Source: Stylophora pistillata (taxonomy: Eukaryota). From it: DNA of 64,000 nt. The stretch lies in contig NW_019217996.1 of NCBI RefSeq assembly GCF_002571385.2, positions 309,530-373,529 on the forward strand, read 5' to 3'. Shown here in pieces: positions 63,288-64,000 of the stretch (its first letter is position 1; each line of letters starts with the position of its first letter). The notes beneath the pieces are model-generated. The model worked only from the letters and a program-made list of their open reading frames with translations, did no database searches and was not told where the DNA came from. A program made the translations under genes and the position numbers.

Positions 63288-63921
63288 TTCTTTTTTTTTT
63301 TTTTTTTTCACTGCAAAGAGTCACTAAGTCAAGAAACATCTTTTCAGAAGGGTACTTTTATGAAGGAGGACCTGTTGGCCTTGATGTACCATGCAAGTTT
63401 GGAAAATTCGGCTCGCAATTTAGCACTATGCATTTGTTCCTAGATTTGTTAGATTACGTTCATGAATGATCAGCGTCCAGTTTCAATGCTCTTCCTAATA
63501 AAACTTGTAACACCGCCCTCAATGACATGGCTTGCCGCATTTCTGCGTGGCAGGAAAAATGATAGAGCTGTCAAACGAGAGGACACCTCGTGCAGTAAAT
63601 TCTGTGCAAATAAATTGCTTTGTGCCTGTAAAGAAAAGTTTTAATGCTTGCGCTTCGTGCTTGAGTTAAATTTTCCTTTATCCATTCCCTTTGGGTTCCG
63701 TGTCTACAAATCTCGGAGTATCCTCTGCCGCCACAATTGTGGCAGAAACAGAAGAGTTTCGAGAAACCGGGTTGAAGGGACGAGCGGTAACTTAGATGCT
63801 CAAAAAGCTGGTTTTCATGTTAGTTGTTTTACAACCCTTCAGACCAAGTTGTGTGACAAGGGTTGCATTATTTATTTGAAATCGAACTGATTGATGGAAG
63901 ACTGGGTATGAAGACTTCAAC

Positions 63922-64000
63922 ATGGCGAGTAGCTCGAACAGGATTCGTATTCACGACAGAGATGTTTTTGCTGCTATAACTGAAGGTCCTGCAAATGTAT
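63922..64000 (+). CDS. Possible first exon of the next gene (MASSSNRIRIHDRDVFAAITEGPAN...), truncated by the window end
   Basis: aacATGGCG start context in CpG-rich sequence, with an open frame to the window end (possible donor GTAT at 63997). Confidence 0.3.
   Translation, partial: MASSSNRIRIHDRDVFAAITEGPANV

Overview
Eukaryotic, intron-rich, AT-rich animal DNA. The repeat families and gene structures suggest a cnidarian, probably a scleractinian coral (inference). It has two scaffold gaps flanked by duplicated overlaps, which are likely assembly artefacts. I could assemble five spliced genes by hand: (1) an orphan type-I membrane protein (+, 6741-10187) with a decayed HMGXB3-like/KDZ transposase remnant just upstream; (2) a convergent signal-peptide gene with a non-canonical Ig-like domain (-, 12157-15472), mostly invisible to the ORF track; (3) NAA20 (-, 18958-23650), which has a U12-type intron; (4) head-to-head with NAA20, a divergent actin-like gene whose ~770-codon N-terminal extension carries a membrane anchor, ~8 AKAP-like amphipathic helices and an FFAT-like motif, interrupted by one in-frame TAA; (5) a BAHD1-like gene (+, 56022-61314) with a GC-AG intron. 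The most striking unexplained signal is the 1.5-kb BAHD1 intron (57543-59073). It is densely self-complementary, forming a ~230-nt rod with an in-frame UAG in its apical stem followed by an in-phase alternative donor, and a ~1-kb nested multibranch domain. The 33-50 kb interval has no recognisable gene, but it holds SINEs, MITEs, Penelope and LINE fragments and a chain of minus-strand exon-like units, possibly a lncRNA divergent from BAHD1. All calls are by eye; no searches or folding programs were run.
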